DNA from: an uncultured Candidatus Binatia bacterium
Lineage (GTDB): Bacteria; Desulfobacterota; Binatia; UBA9968; JAJDTQ01
Direction of reading: 5' to 3'
DNA length: 64,000 nucleotides
Assembly (NCBI GenBank): GCA_965213675.1
Contig: OZ243916.1
Span: 3,616,001 to 3,680,000 of the forward strand
Below, piece by piece: positions 28,781 to 38,668 of the stretch (the first letter of the stretch is position 1; each line of letters begins with the position of its first letter). Below the pieces are notes generated by a model. That model had not been told where the DNA came from. It made no database searches and saw nothing but the letters and a program-made list of their open reading frames with translations. A program made the translations under genes and the position numbers.

Positions 28781-31700
28781 CTATGAAATCACCTGCAATA
28801 ACTCGCAGGTCTCGTCGATGAGCCCGGCCCAGTCCGCGTGATCCGGGGTGAACGACAGGCGGCCCTCGGGCGCAAAGCGGAAGTCCCGGTGATCCTCCCG
28901 CGCGAGGGTCAGCAGCCGCTCCACGTCGAGGCTGGAGGTGGCGTGAAAGTTCAGCGACAGGCGCCGGTCCTGGTAGATGATCTGGGTCGCCAGGGCGCGG
29001 ATCAGGGCGCGCCGGAGTTGCATCACCCGGAACAGGTTCTCCACCACCTCGGGGTAGTGGCCGTAGCGGTCACGGATCTCGTCCCGGATCTCCGCCAGTT
29101 GCGTGGCGTCCTCCAGGTTGGCGAGGCGCTTGTAGAACAGCAGCCGCTGGTTGGCGCTGGGCATGTAGTCGTCCGGGAAGTAGGCGGGAATGCCCAGACG
29201 GATCTCGGGTTCCACCTGGACCCGGCGCTCCTCGCCCTTCAATTCGTGGATCGTCTCTTCCATCATCTGGGTGTAGAGCTCGAAGCCCACCGCGGCGATC
29301 TGGCCGGACTGCTCCCGGCCCAGCAGGTTGCCGGCGCCGCGGATCTCCAGGTCGTGCAGCGCCAGCTTGAAGCCGCTGCCCAACTCGTCCAGCTCCTGCA
29401 GCGCCCGCAGCCGCTTCTCCGCGTCCTTGGTGACGGTGCCGCTGGCGGGCAGCAGCAGGTAGGCGTAGGCGCGACGCGACGACCGTCCCACCCGGCCGCG
29501 CAACTGGTAGAGCTGGGCCAGGCCGAAGCGGTCGGCGCGGTTGATGAGGATGGTGTTGGCGTTGGGATAGTCGAGGCCCGACTCGATGATGGCCGAGCAC
29601 ACCAGCACCTGGGCGTCGTTCTCGTGGAACCGGTCCATGTTCTTCTTCAACTCGGCCGGGGTCATCTGCCCGTGGGCGACCGTGACCCGGGCCTCGGGCA
29701 CCAGGTCCATGATCTTCTGGCCCACGCGCTGGATGCTCTCCACCCGGTTGTGCAGGAAGAACACCTGGCCCTCGCGGTTGATCTCCCGCAGGATCGCGTC
29801 GCGGATCACGCCCTCGTCGTAGCGCGTCACATAGGTCCGCACTGCGAGCCGGTTGGGCGGCGGCGTCTCGATGACGCTCAGGTCGCGGATCCCGGACAGC
29901 GACATGTGCAGCGTGCGCGGGATCGGCGTGGCCGTGAGGCTCATGACGTCCACGGTGGCGCGAAGCTGTTTGAGCTTCTCCTTGTGGCCGACGCCGAAGC
30001 GGTGCTCTTCGTCGATGATCACCAGACCGAGGTTCTTGAAGGCGATGTCCTTCTGAAGCAGCCGGTGGGTGCCGATGACGATGTCGATGAGCCCGTTGGC
30101 GAGGTCCTTGAGGGACTGCTGCACGGTCTTGCCGGCGACGAACCGGCTCAGGCTCTCCACCCGCACGGGGTAGGGCTCGAAGCGCTCGCGAAAGGTCTCC
30201 AGGTGCTGCTGGGTCAGGATCGTCGTGGGCGCCAGCACAGCCACCTGCTTGCCGTCCATCACGGCCATGAAGGCCGCGCGCATGGCCACTTCGGTCTTGC
30301 CGTAGCCCACGTCGCCGCAGACGAGCCGGTCCATGGGCTTGCTCTGCGCCATGTCCTTCAGCGCGTCGGCGATGGCCTGTTCCTGGTCCGGCGTCTCGTC
30401 GTACTCGAAGGCGGCCTCGAACTCCCGGTACGCCTGGTCCGGCGGCGGAAAGGCATGGCCGTCGTGCACTTCCCGGGCGGCGTAGACCCGCAGCAGTTCC
30501 TTGGCCATGGCCACGATGGACGTGCGCGTGCGCGCCTTGAGCTTGAGCCAGGCGGTCCCGCCCAGGCGGTCCAGCACCGGCGCGGCGCCGTCCGCGCCGA
30601 TGAACTTCTGCACCAGGTTGATGCGGTCGATGGGCAGGTAGAGGCGGTCGCCGCCCTGGTACTCCAGGTGCAGGAACTCCCCCTCCGTGCCTGCCACCTT
30701 GAGGTACCTGAGGCCGCGGTAGATGCCGATGCCCTGGTCCAGGTGCACCACCACGTCGTCCTGGCGCAACTCGCTCAGGCTGCTGATGAAGTGGCCGGCG
30801 CTCTCGCGTTTGCGCGCGGCCGGCGCCCGCTTCCGGCGTCCCCACAGCTCTTCCAGGGTGATGAGGATCAGCCCTTCGTCGGGAAGGCGGATGCCCTGGG
30901 TCAGGTCCCCCAGGAGGATCCCGGGGCCGTTGCGCGAAGTCCCGGCGACCTCGTGAAAGGGCTGTTCCGAGATGGGCAGTTCCACGTCGTAGTAGGCCAG
31001 CAATTGCTGCAGGCGCTGCGCGTCGCCCGGATGGCTGGCGACGAAGAGCACCCGCTGGCCGCGCCACTGTTCCAGGTGCTCCACCAGCGGCGCCAATGAT
31101 CGTTCCGCTCCCTGGGGTACGGTGAGAGCCGCGTGCAGGTTGGTGTTGGTGTAGGACCGCACCGAGATGCCCGACGCGGGGTCCGCGGACGCGGCGAGGG
31201 TATCCAGGCTTTCGCTGTGGATGCGCCGGAACGCCGCCGCCTCCTCGCGCCAACCGTCCGGGTCCAGGTAGAGGGCTTCGGCGGGAGGATGGAAGCGCCC
31301 GTCCGCCGCGGCCTCGGCGGCGCGCTGCGCCACCAGCTTCTCGAACCGTTCCAGCTCCTCTTCCACCCGCGCTGGCTGATCGCACCAGACGATGCCGCGC
31401 CGAGGCAGGTGATCCAGCAGCGACGGCAGTGGGCGGTCATGGAAATAGGGGACCAGGAACTCCATTCCCGCGAAGCCCGTGCCCTGGCTTACGGACTCCA
31501 GCAGCGCCCGCTTGTTCTTGCGCGTGAACTCCAACTCGTCCGCGCGCTCCTCGATGCGGAGCAGAGTGTCGCGGCTCGTGCCCGGCCCCGCGGTGAACTC
31601 TTTCAAGGGCAGCAGCACCAACTCTTCGTGGTATGTGCGCGAGCGTTGGCTGCGTGGGTCGAACTCGCGAATGGACTCGATGCAGTCGCCAGCGAGTTCC

Positions 31701-32281
31701 AGGCGCACGGGCCGCCCGTAGCCCGGCGGGAACAGGTCGACGATGCCGCCGCGCACGCTGAAGTCGCCGCGTTCCTCCACCAGGGGCGCGCGCGTGAAGC
31801 CCAGGTTCGAGAGCTGCCACAGCAGGTGCTCCCGGTCCACGTCCTGTCCCTCGACAAAGCGCGCGTCGCGGAAGCTGTCCCGCGGCATGACGCGCTGCAT
31901 CACCGCCGCCGGCGTGGTCACCACCACCGGCGCCCGCTGCTGCGCCAGCCGGTGGAGCCCCTCCATGCGCGCCGCCAGGTGGTCGGCGCTCGGCGAGAGG
32001 CTCTCGAACGGGAGGATGTCCCAGCCCGGAAAGAGGTGCGCGCGGCTGTCGAGGGGCTTGGCCGATTCCGCCTCTCCCAGGAAGAAGCGGAGGTCGCGGA
32101 AGAGCGCTTCCGCCTCCTTCACGGTGGGCGACAGCACCAGCAGCGGCCCGTCTAGCCGCCGCGCCGCCAGGAAGACCGCGTAGGCCTTGGCGCTTCCCAG
32201 CAAGCCGGAAATGCGCTTCTCGCCGCGCCAGTCCTGGCTCAGGAGTCGGGAGATATTATCGTCGAGTGAAGGGGTCGCCAC
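28781..32281 (-). CDS. mfd: Transcription-repair coupling factor
   Basis: GDFSVRGGIVD, RID domain VVH..GIGIY, CGDVGYGKTEVA, IDEEHRFG, TATPIPRT, QLRGRVGR and DLEIRGAGNLLG; start approximate (GTG 32281). Confidence 0.95.
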   Translation of the reverse strand: MATPSLDDNISRLLSQDWRGEKRISGLLGSAKAYAVFLAARRLDGPLLVLSPTVKEAEALFRDLRFFLGEAESAKPLDSRAHLFPGWDILPFESLSPSADHLAARMEGLHRLAQQRAPVVVTTPAAVMQRVMPRDSFRDARFVEGQDVDREHLLWQLSNLGFTRAPLVEERGDFSVRGGIVDLFPPGYGRPVRLELAGDCIESIREFDPRSQRSRTYHEELVLLPLKEFTAGPGTSRDTLLRIEERADELEFTRKNKRALLESVSQGTGFAGMEFLVPYFHDRPLPSLLDHLPRRGIVWCDQPARVEEELERFEKLVAQRAAEAAADGRFHPPAEALYLDPDGWREEAAAFRRIHSESLDTLAASADPASGISVRSYTNTNLHAALTVPQGAERSLAPLVEHLEQWRGQRVLFVASHPGDAQRLQQLLAYYDVELPISEQPFHEVAGTSRNGPGILLGDLTQGIRLPDEGLILITLEELWGRRKRAPAARKRESAGHFISSLSELRQDDVVVHLDQGIGIYRGLRYLKVAGTEGEFLHLEYQGGDRLYLPIDRINLVQKFIGADGAAPVLDRLGGTAWLKLKARTRTSIVAMAKELLRVYAAREVHDGHAFPPPDQAYREFEAAFEYDETPDQEQAIADALKDMAQSKPMDRLVCGDVGYGKTEVAMRAAFMAVMDGKQVAVLAPTTILTQQHLETFRERFEPYPVRVESLSRFVAGKTVQQSLKDLANGLIDIVIGTHRLLQKDIAFKNLGLVIIDEEHRFGVGHKEKLKQLRATVDVMSLTATPIPRTLHMSLSGIRDLSVIETPPPNRLAVRTYVTRYDEGVIRDAILREINREGQVFFLHNRVESIQRVGQKIMDLVPEARVTVAHGQMTPAELKKNMDRFHENDAQVLVCSAIIESGLDYPNANTILINRADRFGLAQLYQLRGRVGRSSRRAYAYLLLPASGTVTKDAEKRLRALQELDELGSGFKLALHDLEIRGAGNLLGREQSGQIAAVGFELYTQMMEETIHELKGEERRVQVEPEIRLGIPAYFPDDYMPSANQRLLFYKRLANLEDATQLAEIRDEIRDRYGHYPEVVENLFRVMQLRRALIRALATQIIYQDRRLSLNFHATSSLDVERLLTLAREDHRDFRFAPEGRLSFTPDHADWAGLIDETCELLQVIS

Positions 32282-32490
32282 CGGGTCGGTTACCTTGCGA
32301 GGGACGCAAAAGGAGTGTAGCTGAAGGGGGGTGGCAGCCGCAACGGCGGGGATACGAAACCCATGCACAGGTCGGGTCCACGGCGCCGGCTCAATGACCG
32401 GCGGCGGCTTCCCGCGTTGATTTGTGATCTCCTGATTCCTATGCTTCCTGTTGATGGCTTCACACGCCACGTCCGGCGAGTTGGCACTCC

Positions 32491-32862
32491 ATGACGAAGC
32501 AGACAAGCAACGCAGGGCTCAGCCTCGGATTAGAGGCGCAACTCTGGGCCGCCGCCGACAAAAAATCCTCCGCAGATTATGACGCGAATTAACCAGACAC
32601 CACACTGGCCGACCCGGAGGACCCCCGCTGGACCTTCGGCGTTCCGCCCGCCGGCAACGCCAACTACGCGTGGCTACAGTATATCCACCACCACCTCGCC
32701 CCCAACGGCGCGGCGGAGGTCAAAGACGATGGCGAACCCTTCGAAGACAAGATGAACCGGCCTGCTGCCCGACTGCGCGAGCAGCAGGCCGAGGGCGCGA
32801 AGCTCGATGCGGCAATCGTGAAAAACTTTGAACTGCTGGGATTTGGGGGCCAGGAAGAATAA
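32491..32862 (+). pseudogene. hsdM: Internally deleted type I restriction-modification methyltransferase (hsdM) remnant
   Basis: One frame holds the N-terminus LGLEAQLWAAADK, a MITE end with TAA (32590), the middle block [30 protein letters not shown] and the C-terminus [24 protein letters not shown]. Confidence 0.82.
32554..32606. repeat. Right end of the 16065-16225 MITE
   Basis: GCCGACAAAAAATCCTCCGCAGATTATGACGCGAATTAACCAGACACCACACT is near-identical to about 16170-16225. Confidence 0.85.
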
Positions 32863-32940
32863 TCGCGATGGCTTTGTCTCATTATAATCTCCTACGATTC
32901 TGACTGGAACGTGGATCGTTGGAATCCAGAGGGTGGCCCA

Positions 32941-33633
32941 ATGACCGAACGACAATTGAGAACGCAGGATTTCCGGGAACTCCCGACCTATACGATCTCG
33001 GAAGCCGCTCACTACCTCTCCGTACCCGCGACGACCATTCGCTATTGGTCAATGGGCCGAGGCCCGTATGAGCCGCTGATTCAAGTGCCCCCGCACAGGC
33101 CGACGCTGCTCTCCTTCCTCAACCTCACCGAGCTTCACGTGCTCTGCGCGATCCGGCGGGAGCATGGGGTGAAAATGTCGGGTGTTAGAACGGCGATTCA
33201 ATACCTGGCAGCGAACACTAGAGGGACGCTGGACAAACGCCATCCACTGATTAGCCACGATCTCGATACGGATGGACTGGACCTGTTCGTTGAAAAATAC
33301 GGGCAACTGATCAACATCAGCCAAGCGGGTCAAATCGCCATGCGACAGATCATCAGCACGGCGCTTCGCCGGATTGATCGCGACCCCGCTGGCGTGCCGG
33401 TCAAGCTTTATCCGTTCACCCGGAGTTCCACCGGAGATACGCCGGTGATGATCGTTATCGACCCCAAGCTTTCCGCTGGACGTCCTGTCATCGCTGGCAC
33501 CGGCCTTGCTACCGAGCTCATCGCCGAACGCTACAAGGCGGGTGAGTCCATTGCGGTCCTGGCGCGGGATTATGGGCGCGAGAATGCGGAAATCGAAGAA
33601 GCGGTCCGGTGCGAGCTCAAAGCCGCCGCCTGA
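32941..33633 (+). CDS. HTH + DUF433 antitoxin (VapB45-like)
   Basis: N-terminal YTISEAAHYL HTH and LSFLNLTEL; C-terminal IDPKLSAGRPVIAGTG..ERYKAGESI..LARDY (DUF433). Confidence 0.82.
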   Translation: MTERQLRTQDFRELPTYTISEAAHYLSVPATTIRYWSMGRGPYEPLIQVPPHRPTLLSFLNLTELHVLCAIRREHGVKMSGVRTAIQYLAANTRGTLDKRHPLISHDLDTDGLDLFVEKYGQLINISQAGQIAMRQIISTALRRIDRDPAGVPVKLYPFTRSSTGDTPVMIVIDPKLSAGRPVIAGTGLATELIAERYKAGESIAVLARDYGRENAEIEEAVRCELKAAA

Positions 33634-33757
33634 GCCCACGCTATTCCTTGATCGCAACCTCGGGAGGCACATCATTGCGAAATGGCTTCGTGCGGCCGGG
33701 ATGGCAATCGAGGTACATGATGACCATCTTCCCCCGGCGGCGCCGGACGAGGAATAG
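33584..33757 (+). pseudogene. Truncated PIN-like toxin (VapC45-like), N-terminal fragment
   Basis: TLFLDRNLGRH..LRAAG..EVHDDH...PDEE stops where IS3 sequence begins; overlaps the antitoxin 3' end. Confidence 0.72.
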
Positions 33758-34063
33758 TTTGAGTCAGGCCACCATGGCCGACTCACCGCATTGCCCATAG
33801 AACCGCTCTTCAAGTTCCGCCGGCGGCACATAGCCGATCCCTTCCAGGAATCGGCGGTGGTTGAACCAGTCGACACATTCGAGGGTGGCAAACTCGACTG
33901 CTTCGATGTGGCGCCAGGGACGGCGTTGACGAATCACCTCGGTCTTGTACAAGCCGATGGTGGACTCGGCCAAGGCATTGTCGCAGGAATCCCCGACCCG
34001 GCCCACCGACGGCTCAATCGCAGCCTCAGCCAGGCGCTCGGTGTAGCGGATCGACAGGTACTG
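33758..34063 (-). mobile_element. IS3-family transposase OrfB C-terminal fragment
   Basis: QYLSIRYTERLAEA..SVGRVGDSCDNALAESTIGLYKTE..WFNHRR..IGYVPPAE integrase-core C-terminus. Confidence 0.85.
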
Positions 34064-34145
34064 GCCGGTTTCAAGGGGTCGTCGCAACACGTCCTCGCTG
34101 GTGTAAGAGTAGGAGTTCGTTCAAGGCTTCGGATGGAGTTCTCCA
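34064..34145 (-). mobile_element. IS30-family right-end remnant
   Basis: Minus strand encodes WRTPSEALNELLL..RVATTP-stop followed by the IR-like TGAAACCGGC, matching IS30 transposase C-termini. Confidence 0.65.
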
Positions 34146-34201
34146 CCCGCAACTCCGTGTCCTGGTCGTCACCTCCGAGGCCATCATCGCCTCTTGTCAG
34201 A

Positions 34202-34226
34202 TGTCCGCCAAACCCGGGTAAGACCA
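34202..34226 (-). mobile_element. IS3-like left inverted repeat remnant
   Basis: Minus strand TGGTCTTACCCGGGTTTGGCGGACA has the TG...GGACA form of IS3 ends. Confidence 0.5.
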
Positions 34227-34362
34227 GGAGTTCTCGAACGGTTCGAGGCGGATGAAGAGACGCCGCTTTCGTGAGGAGAAGGGCTTCCTGGACTTTCGCG
34301 GCGCCGGCGGGGTAAATTGACGCACTCCACTCACGACCACTCCCCACGGAAAAGGACGGATC

Positions 34363-36042
34363 ATGGCGAAGACGAACGCGAGGACCGCGAGCGCGGCGCA
34401 GTCCATACCGGAGCGAGGCTATCCCGACCTCCACGAGCACCTGCAGCGCCTGGATGATGCCGGTCTGCTGGTGCGGGTGGCGCGGCCGGTGGACAAGGAC
34501 CAGGAGATGCACCCGCTGGTGCGCTGGCAGTTCCGGGGCGGCATCAAGGAGCGCGACCGCAAGGCGTTTCTGTTCGAGCAGCCGGTGGACGCCAAGGGCA
34601 AGCATTACGACATTCCGGTGGCCATCGGCGTGCTGGCGGCCAACCGGCGCATCTACCGCATCGGGCTCGGGTGCGGCGAGGATGCGGACATCAACGCGCT
34701 GTGGGCCGGGGCCAAGACCAACCCGGTGGCGCCGGTGGCGATCCCGTCGCCGGCCGCGCCGGTACACGAAGTGGTCTATTCGGGAGCGCAGCTCAAGAGC
34801 CGCGGCAAGGGGGTGGACGGCATCCCGGTGCCCATTTCCTCTCCGGGTTGGGACAACGCGCCCTACGTGAGCGCGGCGCACTTCATCTCGCGCGATCCGG
34901 ACCACGGCGGGCACAACATCGGCACCTACCGCGCCATGATCAAGGCGCGCGACCGGGTGGGCTGCAATCCCTCCATCGAGCTGGGGCAGGGCATCTACCG
35001 GCACTGGGAGAAGTACCGGCAGCGGGGCGAGAAGATGCCGGTGGCGCTGTGCATCGGCGGTGTGCCCGCCATCTCCTACGTGGCGGCGCAGAAGCTCGCC
35101 TACGACCTCGACGAGTTTTCGGTGGCCGGCGGCCTGGTGAAGGCGCCCATCCGGGTGGTGGAAGGGCGCACGGTGCCGGTGATGGTGCCGGCGGACGCGG
35201 AGATCGTCATCGAGGGCTTCGTTTCCACCGAGTGGCTGGAGCCCGAGGCGCCCTTCGGCGAGTCCCACGGCCATGTGAATCCCAAGGAGTACAACCCCTT
35301 TATGGAAGTGACCTGCATCACGCGCCGGCGCGAGGCGGTGTTGTGCTCCATCATCAGCCAGGTGACGCCGTCCGAGTCCAGCGTCATCAAGAAGATGGCC
35401 TACGAGCCCCTCTACCTCGAGCACCTGCGGGACGGCATCGGCGTCAAGAGCGTGGTGCGGGTGATGCTGCACGAGCCGCTCACCGCTACCCAGAAGCTCA
35501 CCGTGATCCAGATGCGCCAGCCCACCCCCGCGGAGGTGTGGCGCGCGCTCATGGGCGCGGTGGCTTTCCGCCCGTCCATGTCCAAGATCGTCATCGCGGT
35601 GGATGAGGACATCGACCCGGACAATCTCGATGCCGTGTTCTGGGCCATGGGCTACCGCTCCAAGCCCCACCGCGACGTGCAGATCATGCACGGCATGGAC
35701 GTGGGCCACGCGCCGCGGCACGACGCCCGCGGCTCCGCCGAGGATTCGTGCCTTCTGTGGGACGCCACCCTGAAGGAGAAGTTGCCGCCGATCTCGTTGC
35801 CCACCCGCGAATACATGGAGCGGGGCCGGAAACTCTGGGAGGAATTGGGTTTGCCGGAGCTGGAGCCCCAGGCGCCGTGGTTCGGCTATTCGCTGGGGGA
35901 CTGGAACGAGGAACTGGAGCAGGAAGCCGCTCTGGCCACCCGCGGCGAGTACTGGAAAACGGGCGCCAAGATCGCGCGCCAGCGCCGCTCCACCAGCGAC
36001 ATCCCGCCCAACACGTCGTTCTACGGCGAGGACGAAGACTAG
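34363..36042 (+). CDS. UbiD-family prFMN-dependent (de)carboxylase
   Basis: NIGTYR, VPADAEIVIEG, EAPFGESHG and VDEDIDP..VFWA motifs. Confidence 0.88.
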   Translation: MAKTNARTASAAQSIPERGYPDLHEHLQRLDDAGLLVRVARPVDKDQEMHPLVRWQFRGGIKERDRKAFLFEQPVDAKGKHYDIPVAIGVLAANRRIYRIGLGCGEDADINALWAGAKTNPVAPVAIPSPAAPVHEVVYSGAQLKSRGKGVDGIPVPISSPGWDNAPYVSAAHFISRDPDHGGHNIGTYRAMIKARDRVGCNPSIELGQGIYRHWEKYRQRGEKMPVALCIGGVPAISYVAAQKLAYDLDEFSVAGGLVKAPIRVVEGRTVPVMVPADAEIVIEGFVSTEWLEPEAPFGESHGHVNPKEYNPFMEVTCITRRREAVLCSIISQVTPSESSVIKKMAYEPLYLEHLRDGIGVKSVVRVMLHEPLTATQKLTVIQMRQPTPAEVWRALMGAVAFRPSMSKIVIAVDEDIDPDNLDAVFWAMGYRSKPHRDVQIMHGMDVGHAPRHDARGSAEDSCLLWDATLKEKLPPISLPTREYMERGRKLWEELGLPELEPQAPWFGYSLGDWNEELEQEAALATRGEYWKTGAKIARQRRSTSDIPPNTSFYGEDED

Positions 36043-36081
36043 GCTCCTGGGCGGAGGCGCGATCAAAAGGAACCGTTGCCC

Positions 36082-36987
36082 ATGGATTACAAGACCCTCA
36101 GGTGGGCCGTGCACGACAATCCGCTGCGGGCGGGGGAGCCGTGCATCGGCGTGATCACGCTTGACCGGCCGGACCAGCTCAACGCGGTGGACCCGCTGAT
36201 GCGGCTGGAGCTCGATGCCCTGTGCAACGAGATCGCGCGCAACTCGGTGCTCAAGGTGGTGATCCTCACGGGCGCGGGACGCGGCTTCTGCGCCGGCGGC
36301 GACCTCACCTCGGAGGGCGCGGTGCTCGGCGCGTTCGAGGGCTCCACCGGCATTGAAGGCGCCTACAAGGAGCTGGCCGAGTATTTCCTGAACGATCTGC
36401 GCCACCGGGTGCTGCAAAGCGCCATGCGCAAGCTGGAGGATCTGCCGCAGCCCACCATCGCCGCGGTGAACGGGCCGGCGGTGGGGGTGGGTCTGGAAAT
36501 GACCACCTTGTGCGACATGCGGCTGGCGTCGGAGCGGGCGCGCTTCGGCGAAGTGGCGGTGCCGGCGGGGTTCGTGCCCGAGAGCGGCGGTTCGCGCAAC
36601 CTGCCCAAGCTCGTGGGCATCGGCCGCGCCATGCGCCTGGTCCTGACCGGCGAGATCATCGACGCCGCGGAAGCGCTGCGCATCGGCCTCGTGGACGAAG
36701 TGTTGCCGCACGACGAGCTGATGGAGCAGGCCTTTGCCCTGGCCGGGCGCATCGCCGCCAACCCCTACCTGTCGGTGCGCCACGCCAAGCGGCTGATGAA
36801 GATGTACTGGAACTGGAACCGCACCGACGAGGGCTACCGCGAGGAATTGGAGTCGGTGCTTGAGATCACCCGCACCAAGGACTGCCAGGAGGGCATGCGC
36901 GCCTTCAAGGAGAAACGCCCGCCGCGCTATACCTATCCCTACGACGCGGGCTGGCCCTTTCCGGAGAAGGACGAGAAGAAGGGCTGA
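36082..36987 (+). CDS. Enoyl-CoA hydratase/isomerase (crotonase) family
   Basis: LDRPDQLNA, GAGRGFCAGGD, IAAVNGPAVGVG and EGMRAFKEKRPP motifs. Confidence 0.9.
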   Translation: MDYKTLRWAVHDNPLRAGEPCIGVITLDRPDQLNAVDPLMRLELDALCNEIARNSVLKVVILTGAGRGFCAGGDLTSEGAVLGAFEGSTGIEGAYKELAEYFLNDLRHRVLQSAMRKLEDLPQPTIAAVNGPAVGVGLEMTTLCDMRLASERARFGEVAVPAGFVPESGGSRNLPKLVGIGRAMRLVLTGEIIDAAEALRIGLVDEVLPHDELMEQAFALAGRIAANPYLSVRHAKRLMKMYWNWNRTDEGYREELESVLEITRTKDCQEGMRAFKEKRPPRYTYPYDAGWPFPEKDEKKG

Positions 36988-37048
36988 CGGCGCATCAAAC
37001 CCCGGCGGCTCGCGCGTGGACCCGCGCGGGAGCCTTTGAGCCAATGAA

Positions 37049-38632
37049 GTGAGAGACTCGAAGAGCGCAACCCCGTGGCCGGGCTATCGTGAGATCCCGC
37101 CGCGGCTCAACCTCGCCGGCGAAGCGCTGGAGCGGCCGGTGGCGGCGGGTCACGGCGCGCGCACCGCCATGGTGTGGCGCGGCGGCTCGCTCAGCTACGG
37201 CGCGCTGCGCCGCCGGGTGCATGGTTTCGCCCGGGGCCTCCAGGCGCTGGGAGTGGCTCCGGGAGAGCGGTTGCTGGTGCAGATGCCCAACTCGGTGGAG
37301 TTCGCCACGGCGTTCCTTGCGGCGGTGAAGCTCGGGGTCCTGCCGGTGGTGGTCAACTCGCTTCTGGGCGTGCGCGAAGTCGGCGCCATCCTGGAGCAGA
37401 CCCGCCCCCGTTTCGCCGTCACCGAGGGCTCGCGCGCGCGGGCGTTGCGCGACCTGGGGGCGCCCATGGAGGCCGTGATCTGTGCCGGGGAGGCCCGAGG
37501 CGACGAAATGCCGTTCGACGCCGTGAGCCATGAAGCGCCGGACGATCTCGTCACGCGGGACACCTCGGCGCACGAACCCGCCTTCATGGTCTGCACGTCC
37601 GGCACCACCGGCCGGCCCAAGTGCATCGTTCATGCGCACCGCTGGATCGTGGCGCTGGGGGACCTCAACCGCTACCGCCTGCCGCCCGAGCCGGGCGACG
37701 TGGTGCTGGCCACCGGCGAGTGGAGTTTCATCAGCGCCCTGGGACACAACCTTCTTTTCCCGCTTCGCAACGGGCTCACCTGTGCGGTGCTGGCGGGCCG
37801 GGCCACGCCCGAGAACGTGCTCGAACATTTGGCCGACCTGGGTGTGACGCTGCTCCATTCCGTGGCCACGGTCTACCGCCGGATGCTGGCCGCCCAGGGC
37901 ATGGAGGAGGTTTGCGACATTCATACCCTCCGGGGAGCCCACTCCACTGGCGAAGCGCTTCGCGAAACCACCTATCGCCAGTGGAAAGCGCGCTTCGGCT
38001 GCGAGATGTATGAGCACTACGGGGTGTCCGAGTACCAGCTTGTGGTGGGGCAGGGGGCGCGCCATTCGGTGAAGCCGGGCTCGGTGGGGGTGCCGGCTCC
38101 CGAGGTGGGCATCGACATCGTCGACGATGCCGGCCGCGCCGTGGCCAACGGCGTCGTCGGCCGGACGGTGATTTCCACCTCGGACCCCGGGCTCTTTCTA
38201 GAATACTACGAGGACGCCGGCCGCACGGAGGCGGCCCGCGGGGGCGGGGTCTACGACACCGGAGACCTGGCCTGGCGCGACGACGACGGCTACTTCTTCA
38301 TCGCCGGACGCAGCGACGACTGCTTCAAGACCCGCGGACTGTTTCTCGTCCCCACCGAAGTGGAGAATGCGCTCCAGCGCCATCCCGCGGTGGCCGAGGC
38401 CGTGGTGGTGCCCGAACCTGATCCCGAGATCGGCAACCGCGTGCGCGGCGTGGTGGTGCCGGCGGGCGGATGCGCCCCTACCGCCGCGCTGGCCCAGGCC
38501 TTGCGCGACAGTCTCCGGGAGGAACTGGCGCACTACAAGATTCCGTACCGGATCGATTTCGCCGAAGCGATCCCCAAGAGTCCCGTGGGCAAGATCCTGC
38601 GCGCCGAGGTGGCCAGGGGCCGGTACGCTTGA
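37049..38632 (+). CDS. Acyl/aryl-CoA synthetase (AMP-forming, benzoate-CoA ligase-like)
   Basis: TSGTTGRPK, YGVSE, TGDLA, GRSDD, EVENAL and PKSPVGK motifs. Confidence 0.88.
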   Translation: MRDSKSATPWPGYREIPPRLNLAGEALERPVAAGHGARTAMVWRGGSLSYGALRRRVHGFARGLQALGVAPGERLLVQMPNSVEFATAFLAAVKLGVLPVVVNSLLGVREVGAILEQTRPRFAVTEGSRARALRDLGAPMEAVICAGEARGDEMPFDAVSHEAPDDLVTRDTSAHEPAFMVCTSGTTGRPKCIVHAHRWIVALGDLNRYRLPPEPGDVVLATGEWSFISALGHNLLFPLRNGLTCAVLAGRATPENVLEHLADLGVTLLHSVATVYRRMLAAQGMEEVCDIHTLRGAHSTGEALRETTYRQWKARFGCEMYEHYGVSEYQLVVGQGARHSVKPGSVGVPAPEVGIDIVDDAGRAVANGVVGRTVISTSDPGLFLEYYEDAGRTEAARGGGVYDTGDLAWRDDDGYFFIAGRSDDCFKTRGLFLVPTEVENALQRHPAVAEAVVVPEPDPEIGNRVRGVVVPAGGCAPTAALAQALRDSLREELAHYKIPYRIDFAEAIPKSPVGKILRAEVARGRYA

Positions 38633-38668
38633 GCGTTTGCCGCCCGGCGCCGGGCGGCGGCGCTGGTG

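Noticed and set aside
32282-32506. N-terminal extension of mfd
   Set aside because: No Mfd-like character, and it overlaps the divergent hsdM remnant start and probable promoter region
32590-33757. Programmed readthrough of the hsdM TAA (32590) or the PIN-toxin TAG (33755)
   Set aside because: Both stops coincide with mobile-element junctions and most coding sequence is missing; decay is the simpler explanation
14949-34226. tmRNA-anchored integrative island extending to the IS relics
   Set aside because: No integrase or duplicated ssrA 3' end seen, and housekeeping genes (iscS, uvrA, pdxA, mfd) fill the interval
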